Shown piece by piece: positions 1 to 13,090 of a stretch of DNA of 64,000 bases (position 1 is the stretch's first letter; every line of letters begins with the position of its first letter). This DNA is from Chlorokybus atmophyticus. Taxonomy: Eukaryota > Plantae > Mesostigma and Chlorokybus algae. The notes under the pieces are model-generated. The model searched no databases, was not told the DNA's origin, and was given only the letters and a program-made list of their open reading frames with translations. A program made the translations under genes and the position numbers. The stretch is taken from NCBI GenBank assembly GCA_009103225.1, contig RHPI01001311.1:120808-184807 (forward strand), written 5' to 3'.

Positions 1-2259
1 GCCAGACTGCAAGCAGAGGCGGGAGCAGAGGCTAAGGCGAGCGCCGAGGAGGAAGCGAGGGTGCGTGCAGATGCGGAAGCTCAAGCGCGAGCAGCGGAGG
101 AAGACAAACTGCGTGCCGAGGCTGAAGCAGTAGCCAAAGCCGAAGCGGCTGCGGAAAAGGCTAGGCAAGAACAGGCTCTCGCGTTGGAAAGGGCGAAAGT
201 TGAAACAGAAGCCAGACTTGCAGCAGAAGCACAAGCCAGAGCAAAGGCAGAGGTAGAGGCTGCTGCAGCCAGAGAAGCCGAGGCCGAGGCTGCAGCAAGA
301 GCCAAGGCTGAGAAGGAGGCCAGGGCACTTGAGGAAGCCGCAGCCAAGGCTGAGGTAGAAGCCAAAGCCAAGGCCGATGCTGAGGCACGCACGGCTGCAG
401 AGAGAGCCGAAGCGGCCGAAGAAGCCAGACTACTGCAGGAGGCCAAGGCAGCTGCCGCTGCTGCTGAGGCAGAAGCCAAGGCAGTTGCTGAGAAGGCTGC
501 AAAGGAGGAGGCTGAGGCGAGAGCCAATGCACAAGCTCAAGCGGAAGCACGCAGGAGAGATGAAGCCAAAGCTGCAGAAGCACTGCCACCCATATTCAAC
601 ACACCTGTAGCAAGAGCTCCCTCTGCAGGACTCCCTTCAGTTATTGAGACCGAGGCCACCATTAACGCTACCAACGTGGCTTCTGATGTAGCTTCCAGTG
701 TAGCTTCTGGAGCCATTGATAAGGGTGAAGCCAGGTTGGAGCAGCGAGAAGCTGAGCTTCAGGCCATTGCAGAAGCAGCTTCTCATCTGGCTGACGGGGA
801 AGAAGCTCAACTGCAAGCTCTCGAAAGCCAACTCGAAGAGAGGGCGAAGCTGGCTGCTCAGCTTTCAGAAATGGCTTTAGTAGCCGAAAAGCCAGAGATT
901 GTAGCCAACACGCAGCACGCGGAGCTGGACGCGAGGCTGGCGGAAGCCATAACCGCGCAGCGAAAAGCCGTCGAGGAAGCCAGAGCCGCGGAAGCCAAGA
1001 TGGCCACCCGTATCGAGCGCGTGGCGGAGATATCGACGGCCTCTCCCGCAGATATCGACAGTCTAACTGCTCTCAGGGCTGAAGAAAGTATCAGGCAATT
1101 GCGCGAACAGCTCGAAGCTGAGAGAAGAAACGCAGAAGAGAAGCTACTTGCGGACAAGCGGGCACTTGAGGAACTGATGCGACAACAACGCGAGGCTATG
1201 GAAGCCGACCGGAAGGTGCAACAAGCTGCGTGTGCTCTGCATTGCTGCAAGTATTCTGCGCATACTTGTCCACAAACACGCGCGCGCGCGCATGCACACG
1301 GATGCCTCCCCCCCCCCACCCGCCGTCCTTGCACAAGCACACGCACATGCACACACATGGGTGCAAACCCGCACATGCGCACGCACGCGCACATGCGCTC
1401 GAACTGACACACGCGCGCCCTCACGCTCACCACACAGGCATGCACACGTGCACAGAAGCTTGCTTCAGAGGTGTATCCACGCTTGTATCATCTGTTTACC
1501 ATGCTCAATATCGCTTAATCTGACTGTGTGCGTACGTGTGCGTGTGTCTCTCAGGCAATGGAGGATCTCCTTGCGCGCGAGCGCAGAGAGATGGAAGAGA
1601 AGCTCGAGCGCAAGAAAGCCAAGAAGGCCGCCATGCAGGCAGAAAAGCAATCCCTCGAAGCCCGTATCGCCGAGACACTCGACCTGTTCAGACAACAGAT
1701 GCTCACACAAACCACACCCAACAACAACAATACGCAGCACAACAACAACAACAACAACAACCAACTCAACCGCATGTCCTCGGGAGGTCCATCCATGCTA
1801 TCAATGCTTTCAGGCGCGCCCTCTTTCACGCTACCTGTGGCCAACAACCACAACAACAACATGTACACCGACAACAACAACAACAACAACAACATCAACT
1901 CCAACTCCAACAATAACAACAACAACATACACAATGTTGGGGGTGGTGATGATGCACCCACCGAGGAGGAAGTGTTGGAATACGCTGTCTACTTGGGTAT
2001 GGACCCGAAAGAAGACAAAGAGCTGTTGTACATTGCAGAGTGGGCTTTAACTGCACCTTTACCCGATGGTTGGACCGAACATTTAGACGCGCAAGGCAAC
2101 GAGTTTTATTACAACTCTATGACGGGCGTGTCCACGTATGAGCACCCGCTTGATGAGCAGTATCGGTCTTATTACAGACAAGTCAAGCAGCAGCAAGCGC
2201 AGAAAGCACACAACCACAACATCAGGAGCCAGATACTGCATGATGATGAGGAGGAGTGA
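1..2259 (+). CDS. 3' part of a large Ala/Glu/Lys-rich coiled-coil protein ending in a CEP164-type WW module (exons <1-1215 and 1555-2259)
   Basis: Open frame from the window start. Phase-0 intron GT at 1216 to tctcAG at 1554 joins EADRK|AMEDLL. The last exon encodes PTEEEVLEYAVYLGMDPKEDKELLYIAEWALTAPLPDGWTEHLDAQGNEFYYNSMTGVSTYEHPLDEQY, which resembles the CEP164 helical+WW module. TGA at 2257-2259. Confidence 0.8.
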
Positions 2260-4392
2260 GTATCATGTGTTGAGTTGTGTGTGGGAGAAGGAGGAGGAGC
2301 CAACATGGCCAGCAGCGTGTTGGGGAGTGAGCGCAAAGATGGCGTGGCGTTGCCATGTTGGCGTTTCTAAGTTTTGTAGAGGTGAGAGTTGTGTGTGACG
2401 TTGTGTCAAGGGAGAGTGTGTATGTCATGTGAATGGAACTGCACAAGTTGCGATGCAAACTGAAGTGCGTTGTGCTGTTCTGTGCAGGGCTTGTTACGGA
2501 GCGAATGTAGCTGCCTCTGAGTTGCGTTGTGTCGTGTCGTGTTGTGTGGTGTACATGTGAACATGTGGCAGTGAGCTTGCGCTGAGGCTCCCATGTTGTA
2601 GTGCGCACGTGCGCGTATGTGTATAGGTCCTATACATGCGTTTGTAATGCCTTTGCTCTGCATGTGTCGTGTCCATAGTGGAGATGCATGCAGAACACGT
2701 GTAGATCAGATGTCTCATGCGTATAGTGAGTTTTGGTCATCAAAGGCATGATATTTCCATATTGTTCAGACATGCGCTTGCCTATTATACATGCGGTCAA
2801 GACAAGGTGTATGTTATGCGGTGAGGTTTGTACAACTGAGATGGATTGCGCTTGAAGCTATCAGTACCAACAACTCTTTGTGCTATGGTGTTGTATACAT
2901 TGCCAGGTTCTGAACCGGACAACACAGGCTGTTAGCACACGCGCGCACATACACACGCACCAGCGGTAGTTGATACTAGGTGAAAGTCGATCACAACGAT
3001 TGGTATTGTCTACGAGAAGCTTCATTCACAACATGCATATGTACTACATGTAGTACATATCCCAAAGCTCGTTCAACACGCAACATGTATGCAGGCTTGT
3101 TATTATTGAGTTGACACGGTATACACGATTCAAACTCAAAACTCAGCATCGCTACATATATGCACAAACCTGCATAGGTCATAAAGATTGATGCGTGCAT
3201 TCATCTATGCATGTATGAACCCTAAATGCTAAACATGATGCATAATGTTGAGCATAGGCCACTTTTCCAAACCATCGCATTAACCATCCAGAATTGACAA
3301 TTCGTAACAATCGGACATTTCCATGTGTGCAAATATAGCAAATGATGACTGCAATTTCATAAACCTATCTTTTTACAATGTTGTATTGTACAGTGTACAA
3401 CAATCAACTCACTAAATGCCAATACATAAGTTTAATGATGTACTTATAATACATTACGCTAACCTCCTTAATAATCAAGTACAATATGGTACTTATGAGA
3501 GTACATATATACTCATATATATAAGCCACATACGTTACACTGATGTATATGTGACAATATCGGATGCGAGCTATATGTTTATCGAATGCCCATCAATAAA
3601 CATTAAGAAGATAAAGCAGGGTGTGCTACTGGCTAAATGATAATCATAAGCGAACGTGTGAAACATTGTCATGAGTTTCAATCATATATAAAGACAAGAG
3701 TTCAACGCTTGTTATTGTACGCATCGTCATAAATGGTTCATCATGACTTTCATGGCATATCGCGTACAATGCATCGTAATTTGCGATGGGACATTGTATC
3801 CGGGATGGTTTTGTAGCTATGATGATTAAAGCCCTTCACGCAAGGCTTTTTGTTATATGTTGTCATCCGGTTGTCATTATCACCAATGTTTGTATAAATG
3901 TATGCCATTCCGCGGTATACGAGCGTATGTGTGCGGATTCACAACGCATGATCGAAATCCATAAACATACTACTTCTTAAGCATATAGTTTGTACATTGC
4001 AATGGATGGATGTTAAAACTGACACAATGGGTGGTAAATTGCGCGCATTGTCATTTGCTTACTGCAAACAATGTTTGCGCTATTCCAAGTGTTGTACATT
4101 ATACATCTGAAAAAATACTACAATGTATGCTGTAACGCTAAGCTCGCATACTTGGATTGTGCCATTATTGATAGCTGCCTGCTGAAAATTGCACGCTGAG
4201 GTAATAGTGATGAAGTAAATATATATCACTTGAGAGGCCATTTATGTTAAACCGGCAATCTATACTTCTATACTATTTTCTCAATATAGCATAGTGACCA
4301 TGCATTTGTTGTTTGACTGACACCACTAGCTAAACGAGTGTATGAAAGATGCAACACGCATGGCGCACATGGTGTTATACAGAGCATGTAGC

Positions 4393-4393
<1 letters not shown>

Positions 4394-4463
<70 letters not shown>

Positions 4464-4573
4464 NNNNNNNNNNNNNNNNNNNNNNNNNNNNNNNNNNNNN
4501 NNNNNNNNNNNNNNNNNNNNNNNNNNNNNNNNNNNNNNNNNNNNNNNNNNNNNNNNNNNNNNNNNNNNNNNNN

Positions 4574-4638
<65 letters not shown>

Positions 4639-4648
4639 CTCGCTCTCC
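4394..4648. repeat. (CT)n microsatellite containing an assembly gap (N 4464-4573)
   Basis: Directly visible in the sequence. Confidence 0.97.
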
Positions 4649-5742
4649 CCCCGAGGGAGATAGAGAGAGAGGCTCCCCGCCCCTCTTCCCCTTCTCCTCA
4701 CCCCCTCACCATGTGGGGTGACCCTCTCCCTCACGAGTGCATGCATATTCGAACCACCACGGAGCACCCACGTACCGCATTGGTCACTCCCCTGGGCTTT
4801 TTGAAGATGGCGTTGACCACGACGCAAGGTGAACCACTTCAGCGAAAGTCACACATTGACGTTAACCACTATGTTCAGGGTCATACGCGCGTGCACACAT
4901 GTTGTTACTATAACGCCAGCCGGGCCGGCCTACTGCGTGTCAACTGTGCGGACATGGCGATGGATTCCCACACACATTCAATAGATGACGCACGTTCTTC
5001 GAACAGCTACTCCATCTCAGCCTGCAGGCAAGTGTGACAATATCACCCAGGGGCTATGTGCGGTTGCTATGCATGAACTACTGCTTGGCACATCCGAGCC
5101 TGTCCACACACACACACGCATGCGTACGCGCGTGCACATGTACGAGTGCACAATACAACACAACACTCACCTGTGAATGGGGGTAGGGGGGGGATAAAGG
5201 GGTTACACACACAACCCCCTTTTTGATGTGCCAGTAGTGATTTCTCGCTACACACACAACCCCATGCAATGGCAAGGGCCACTCAATGGCTTTCATTCTT
5301 CTTTGCCGAGCAGTAACCCAACGGCACTACTGATATAGTTGTTGCAGAGGAGTACTCTGCACCAACACATCGGCAACCACATATACATATGGCAGTCTCA
5401 GTCTATCTACATCTGCCAGTAAATACATCCAGCTGTATATATCTGCTCTCCCTTTTGTCTTCTCGCTTCCATGCGTAGGTATGTACGCGTGTCCACGCGC
5501 ACAAGTTTGTATGTGTACCCTAACGCTTCCCTTGATGTGTGTGGGCACTCTCCATCTCCTTCTCCAACTCGCAACTGTGTGTATGCTGTCCTGTCCTGTG
5601 CTGCTCATTTCAACCCAACATAGCCCGAACCGCACTGATATGTACACGCGAAAGGCCTCCCGAACATGACGCGGAAACCTTGTCCAACCTTCACATGATG
5701 TGAATTATGTGCTTTCTTCGTCTTCTTTGGTCACACTCACAC

Positions 5743-6973
5743 TCACAGTCTCAGAGTGAGGTCCACTCTTGGCCTCGACATGCGCGGGGGTTTGCCCTTA
5801 GCCCGACCCAGGAAATCTAATGTAACACACAAAGGCAATGTCAGATGTGTGGGCAAGTAAGTAGGCTTTGCAGCGAGCACAGTGAGTGTATGCGTGTGCA
5901 AGGGGAGGAGACACGTTGTGAAGGTTCAAGGACAAGCTTCCATAGCACGTGCGAGTACGGCTATGTTGGGGTGCAATGGAAGGACAGGACAGCATAACCA
6001 CAGTTGCACGCGCGTGCATGCCAGCGTGTGTGTGTGTGTGTGTGTGTGAAGGCATGTGTGCGTGAGCGCGCGTGTGCCTATGTGTGTACGTGCATGTGCA
6101 CGCATGCTCGTGCATGTGTGTATTTGCATGCTTACCAGGCCATGATATCCACCCCCTGTGCAGATATATCTTATCCGGCGCGGTTGGTACATTGGGCGGT
6201 CTGTGCGCTCCCTTCCTCCACGCTCTGTACTCCGCTTGGGTACTTAGCCCAAGCTTCCACACGTATGCGCGGGCCTCGTGGAAGGGGAGAAAGGAGTGGT
6301 GGTGGTGATGTTGGGTGGGGGTGAGGTCAGAGTGAGAATGGGGAGAGTGGGGAGGATGAGAGTTGTGTTGGGTGATGCTGGCTTCTCTAACACTAGTTGG
6401 GGAGCCACCCCCCGAGTCCGAGATGAAACTGTTGTCCTCTGTGTTGTTGTTGGGTGGGGACGAGGTAGGTGGTGAGAGGGTGAGGTAGCGTTCCCGCGTG
6501 GAGCCGAGGAAGTCCATCCAAGTCTCCCAACCATGCTCGATGTAAGCCTTGTACGGGTCACCTGTGTACACACAGACAAACAGCAACGTCAGAAATATGT
6601 ATACATACAACAACATCCCCTCAACATTACACTGCTTACTTGGGAAATCAGCTGGACGTGAGCCGGATCGGCTCCATCTTCGATACTCCGTGACCGTGCG
6701 AAGGCCAAGCGTGCGCACATACGCGCGTGCCTCCTCAAAGCATCGGTAGTTCATATTCACCATCACAACCTTGCCACTACTGCCATTATTGCCACTCATG
6801 TTGGGTTTTCCTCCTTTTTCGGCTGCTGCGGCCATGTGGGCTGCGGCCAAGGACAAGTGGTCGAGCCACAGCGCGGTGATGGCGGAGGAGGAGGAGTCCG
6901 TGTACGTGTGGCTGGTGTTGTGGTTGGTGTTGTGTCGAACCACCACGCCGCCGTAGGTCGCCGGTGGACGCAT
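5743..6973 (-). CDS. Integrase-repeat (INT_rpt-like) domain protein, copy 1; exons 6973-6640, 6561-6136, 5816-5743
   Basis: Two FxEARAYVxxLGLxxxxEYRxW...RPxxxPxxPxxxY...GWxxWxDFLG repeats assembled across phase-1 GT-AG introns. Stop after DFLGRAKGKPPRMSRPRVDLTLRL. Confidence 0.8.
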
Positions 6974-9900
6974 GGCCGTCCACAACCCAACACCAGTGTG
7001 TTGGAAGTGTCTGCAAGATAACATATGAGTCAGCACTTGGTGATGCTCGTGTGGTTGTGCACGTGGGTGTGCCACATGCATGCCATGTGTACATGTGACT
7101 GCACGCGAGCACACATGTACACAGACAAAAACAGCACATGTACGTGCACACGAACACATGTGCGGGTGAGGGGGAGTGCGCCATTGTGTCTTGTTCGCAA
7201 AGTGCATTGCATATGTGTGGTGCGTGCACATATCTTTCCAAGACAAGCAACAAGCACGCAAGCAAATGCAGGGAACGGTACACTTGTTGGGTTGTGGGGT
7301 TCACACACCTGCTCCGATATGCCAGAAAACTTGAGCTTAGCAAGCAGCAGTTTGTTGCAGTCTAGTGGAGGGAGTAAGGCGGCGATCCCAAAGCTCCTTT
7401 GCTCTGGTGTCGTCGTCGTTGACGTCGCTGCGCCTGTCGTTCAACGCAGCAGCAGCGGCGGCGGCGGCGGCGGCGGCGGCAACAGTACACAGTACGGCCC
7501 AGCCACTTGATAGGACTGCATAAGTGCTTATCGGCGGCGGAGGCAGCGGCAGAAAGTATCTATCTGAGATGACAGGCTTAGCAAGTCATTGTAAGCACAA
7601 TTACAAACTCACACTCACACTCTCTCCCTCTTCCTCTCTGACACACACACACACACACAAACTCCAACCTACACTCGCTGCCAATGCATCATCTTCATGA
7701 GACAGTCTTGCTCACAGTGTGGGCTGCCAGACTTTGGCCCACACACACCATTTTTTGCCAAGAAAGCAGCACGGACATACAAGAAAAGGTGTCCGATAAG
7801 TGCACTGGCAAGCGCTGCTCAGGCGACGAGAAAAGTCATCACAGAGACACAAACATTGGCATGTCATAAGCAACCCTCCAGCATGACACATAACGCAATG
7901 AAACTAGCGCATCAACGGCAATGTGTCCCATCATGTACATGTGATGCCCAGCTTATTGCTGGCATGATGTGAGTCCCATCAAGTGCCATGACAAAACATA
8001 ATAAGACAATGCATAAGATGCTGCAGGCGGGACCGGCGGAAAATGTCTTTGTAGCCGCGTCGGACTGGTTTGGCGCGGCTTGTGGCTTGATATTGATATT
8101 ATTGCAGGTGTCGTTCCAGGGTGCGGCGCGCGGAAGCAGAGAGTGGAACGTGCGTGCGTGCAATTGCCATGGTATACCCTCTGTGCCCTGCGCCTGCCGC
8201 ACACGGAAGGTGAACGTAAACGTCAATCGGCATAACTAATTGTCAGTATTAACGGCAGGTGGTACCCCCTTCCGCGGCAGTTTGATTGACCAGCAATGAT
8301 GACACTACACCGTGCAGCAGCAGCCAGCGAATGGTGCAGTACAGCTGCGTCAGCCGAACTAACACAAGGAACTGCTGCTGACAGCCGCCAGGGCTGACCT
8401 TAATCACAGTCACCGTTCCACACATTCATGTCTCCATCAAGCAGTAACACTCTGTTACATGCACTTGCCCATTGAGAGTCTCAGTTTGTGAGATTAATAG
8501 AAGTTACTCGGCAAATGTTAGAAGGCTGTGTCTCTATCCACTATGATAGGCATTCCTTCGAAGTGAGTGTTGAAATTTAAGTGTGCTTGCTGTTATGAAT
8601 CAAAATACATGTTGAACACGACAATTTGCTTAAGTTGTAAGTCATGCAACATGATCTGATATGGACATCGCAACATGTGGAAACGGTCATCAAAACAGAT
8701 TCAGGCGCGTTCACTTGCATTTATATCGAGCATGTCGTGGCAAACACGCTTATGATGTAGTGCTAGCCTAGCAATACCTGCATGGTGGCTATTATATTGC
8801 TACAAGTAGCCTAATTGCGCAGTGGCTGATCGACATCAATGATAATCAACGGTTGTTAACTGTTTTCAAGTCTGCATCTTGCATGCGCAGGCTGTCCAAG
8901 TCAAGCTATCAAATTGTAATGGTGTAATAGGCTCAGCCAATTGTACTGTATATATGATCAATACACATAAGGCTTATATGTATTGATTACAATTGACAAC
9001 ATATAATGATTGCACATGTCATGGTAACTATACAAGTCTTGTGCATGCGTTAAGCAAACAAGACGCATGCACAAGACTTGAACTGTGCATGCCCAGCACT
9101 CTTGTATGCGATTTGCGCAAGCACAAGTGCGAGATATAAGTGATCACATGTAAAAGCAAGATGTAATTGCAGTGTTATTTAATGATACAATAAGTATCTT
9201 ATTCATGCTATCTGCATATGCAACCTGTATTAATACATTGCAAGATGTTTGTGCAACATTACATTAAATCCATCTATTAGTACATTTATTAATGCTGTAG
9301 CGTACCATGATCACGAATGTAATGTAACACGTATCTTGTATACAGTATGTAAGACAACAAACATATGTATTATTTTGCATAAATATACTATAATGTGTTT
9401 GATGCAATGTAAGTTACATTGTACATGTGTACATAATAATGTAATAAAATGTATACATTGAACTCAAGGTGTAATGTGCATTATTTGCATAGGATGTTCG
9501 GTGGACACCCGGACTGCTGATTCGACAGGCTGAGAACAACCGCAGATATGACTGATTCCACCATTAACGGCGGAGTGGGTACTTCAGGGCGGGGAGTACA
9601 ACAAGAACGCATACAGGACGAAAGCGGCTCCACCTGAAGATGACACAAACTGACTTTCTGGCCGCATTTCAGAAGAACACTTGCTCAGCTGTGCTGCTCT
9701 GCAGTCAAGTGACAGTGTATGGACTGTCTAAACCGACCTTCTCAAGTGGCCAGAGGTCAAGCGTAGCATAAGGCTCTGTGACCGGTATCAACCAGACGCA
9801 CCGGCGCACATAGTGCGTACATTTGGTAGCATAGTATCGGACGGGTTGTGCTAGCCGGTCGGCCTTGTCTCTTCCAGCAACTTCGTCCTTCGCGACGTTT

Positions 9901-11169
9901 GGAAGCGACACACGTGCAGCTCGCAGGATACTCGTGCTGTTCTCTGTGCAGGCTAACTAGTCCGTGATGGGTCCTGCTAAATGGTAAGCAACACGCGCTA
10001 GGCGGGCGCCCCCCGTCACCATCAAGCGACGGCGCAAGGTCACGGTGCGCTTCACCAACCTGGCAAGTCCGTCAGGAGTAACTGGCAACGGTAACACGCG
10101 ACCTGCCTTGCTCATGGTCACGAGTTGTGCTATGGTCATCATTATGCCTCGGCCACGATGGGCCACGATGACGTTATTCTATGCTACAGATTTGAAAGCG
10201 CAACTTCACCACTTCGTCTGCAAAACCAATGTGTTCAAAGTTGTAAAACAATGTATGGAGGGCTAATAGATAAGCGAGTACCAAGCAAATAAGATATCAA
10301 CTTGTTCAAGTAGTCATTGCGTTTTAGCTTGCAATAAATTGCACTACTTTCCACTGGTGCTGATTAAGCAAGTTTACGTTCAATATGCGAAATCAAATTA
10401 TGCCTTTTACAATAACGATAACGCGGTGACAAGCTTTTCAATAATTAACAAATGTTATGTCAACGACATGCTATAAGTTGACAAGCATGTGTAAGTGTGT
10501 ACAAATATCGTTATAAGTTGTGCGGCAGCGAGAAAAGGGGGCAGGGTAAACATTCAGTAGTATGATATAGAGTCTATAGTACAAAAATGCTCCCCCNTAT
10601 CAAAAATTGTATAATAATAATTCACATAATGTGATGTGGTATAAATGCCGCACTTATATATACATTATCATAAGGCATCATATCATAAGACATCCGTTAT
10701 CAGCCACCCAAGCATTTGTACACGCAGTTTTCAATCAATAAAAACAACCGTAAAAGTGCAACATTGTGTGTAACCGTTCAGACCCCACTTGTTTGACTAT
10801 TATCACTTATGAACGGATGTAATCCTGCATTTAATCCTGAGGCTACATATCGCATCAACATCATGATACGTTTTCAATAAATGTAGGAACTGTCGCTGAT
10901 TTCGCTGTAGTTGCATGCATGGAGAGTTAATGGTGATATAACCCATAGCTCGACGCGCATGTATGTATAAGATATTTACATGTGTAAAAGCCCTTCTCTC
11001 TTACATAAACCCCCCACCCTTCTATATAAAGGAGGCTTGTAGGGGCGAGTGTGTATTTGGGGGGGGGGGGGGNGGGGGTTCTTTCTCGTGCGACTCGTAC
11101 TGTCTATCGGCCTCTACTCTACCGGAGGCCCCTGGTAAATCCCCATGTTAATGCCAGGGATTTAATGCT

Positions 11170-11620
11170 GGCATGCGTCTCAATGCAAGTCGTCACGTTC
11201 ACGTGCACCCACTCTATAAGGGCAGCTGCCCCTATATGATTGTGTACCCCAACCCCATTGCACTCTGCGCGACCCTGGAGGCGGCGGCTTGCGCAAACGG
11301 CACCATCGCTGTTCGGCCCCACCCACTTAGACCACAGCCTCATAGGAGAAACAGGGGCCCTAACTTGGACTATGGTCACGAACGGGGGTTTGCCATAGCT
11401 GACACCCGTTCTTACAAAGGGGAGTCCAGTACATCGGGAGGGGAGGGTCATCTTCGCTTGCCTCCGGTGGCCCCACGCTCACGGGGACATCATAGCATTA
11501 AGGGTCTAACTCCGCCACGCTGGCAATGCCACCAGCACTCTCACAGCAGTGGCCTCCTCGGTCCTGCTTGGCCATATATGGCGCGTGGGCAACGACATTG
11601 CCTTAGCAGAGGCATGCATC
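11170..11620 (-). pseudogene. Decayed ORF relic A of an unidentified Cys/Trp-containing protein (paralogous to 12557-13090)
   Basis: Peptides HIWPSRTEEA, PMYWTPLCKNG and VGGAEQRWCRLR, broken by stops and frameshifts, in the same order as in relic B. Confidence 0.45.
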
Positions 11621-12556
11621 ACCCTCTGCCGCCGCCATCGTGCACCACCACGTGCATGCAAGGTAAGGCAGCATTGTCTTAAGACTGCCACCTCAGCAAT
11701 GGAAGGGTGACGATACGAACCGGATCGACAATGCGATCAGTCGCGGTCATTATCGACGTCTTTGAAGACTCATGAGTTTCTTAGCGCAAATCAACGAACA
11801 CAATGAGAGGAAATGAACCGTTACGGCAATTATAGTTGCTGTAGCTGAAACGGTAGGAGAAGCTTAAGTACCTTGCTAGCATTCTCAACTAGTCAATCGG
11901 TAATGCAAGTCCTTTCTGATTTTCTTTCGCGTCTGTGGAGAAACCTTACTACTTTGTATACTTCTTGCTTAACCCCTTGAGCAAATAGCACTTGTTCTTG
12001 CTTGAGAATTGTAATTGTTGGGCGAGTGCGTTGGTGTTGAGGTTATAATGCCTGCCTTCGAGGAGACCGCTATTGTCGCCACAACTTCGCAACCACCCCA
12101 GCACATTCATGCCATCGTAAACCGACCCGCTTCCTGCAACACTACAACTTGTACGACACTTTTCGCATATGTTCACAGTGTCATTGTTGCATAGCATACA
12201 GCGAGCATTGAAAGTGACTTCGCACCAACTCCGAGTGATCCATTTTGTGCATTCACGGGATCACCGTATTGTGTAAGTGTATGACTTTGCACATTCACCA
12301 CTTGCGTGACACCCATCACTAAACAATTGATATGCCACCCATCTCAACTCCGCCTATCTGCACAATTCCCTTATGGTCATAGTCAAGTAGGGGAGCTCGC
12401 TGTATTGGATAAGATTCATTTTCGTCTTTAAGCACAACCAGACCTCAAGCACACAGCGAGTTGCGAACGCGCACAAGCTTCACAATAGCACATGTACAGT
12501 TACTCACAAAAGTCCAAGCCTGCGTCGTCCTCGGGATCAGGAGGCTTGGTGTGCCA

Positions 12557-13090
12557 TCACACCATGGAGCGATGCAGTGCAGGGCAACCTCGTGCACAAC
12601 GTTGTTGCTCACACCACGCGCACGTATAGTTATAGCCAGGCTCACCGGACTGGCACAACCCTCTACATACCCGGGAAGGAGGACACTCAGGGAGGTACCC
12701 TCTGAGTGGGTGACACCAACGTTGCGTCGCTCCTCCCACCCATTAGTAAGGTGTGGTGGAGTAATTGCCAGGCTTATCTGCCCATGTCGGCTTGTACACA
12801 CGCATGGGTACGGGTCTGCCACGACAACGGAGAGGTGACCAGTATGCTGGCATAAACTAGCAAGGCCGCTCGCCCGTTAACAGCCGGACGAGCGGGGGCG
12901 ATGGGATTATCACCGCTGTGCCACCCCAACACGGCTCTATCCCCTCTTCCTCCTCCTCCACATTTGCTGTGAGGAGGCCGGCGCTCACAAGTGTAGCCTC
13001 ACTTCTGCTGGGCCATACATATTGCTGCATCGCCGCCATTGTAGACCAGCTAGACCACATGCACAAGTCTGAGAGCATGCAACCCAAGGC
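12557..13090 (-). pseudogene. Decayed ORF relic B (paralogous to 11170-11620)
   Basis: One reading frame gives YVWPSRSEA, PAYWSPLRCRG and VGGATQRWCHPLR, with in-frame stops at ~12857 and ~12745. Confidence 0.45.

Larger units (their letters stand above)
4394..8480 (-). repeat. Left arm of a diverged ~4 kb inverted duplication (pairs with ~14560-18677)
   Basis: Reverse-complement matches throughout. Examples: taacggcaggtggtacccccttccgcg (~8250) vs the RC of ~14765-14790; ccctggcggctgtcagcag (~14647) vs the RC of ~8375-8393; gene exons; 3' flank 4900-5600 vs 17500-18220. The inner boundary is approximate. Confidence 0.85.

Noticed and set aside
11119-11451. Gypsy integrase GPY/F-like peptide RLWSKWVGP
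   Set aside because: The neighbouring frame (VGGAEQRWC) is the one conserved with the paralogous relic, and there are no other Gypsy motifs or LTRs.
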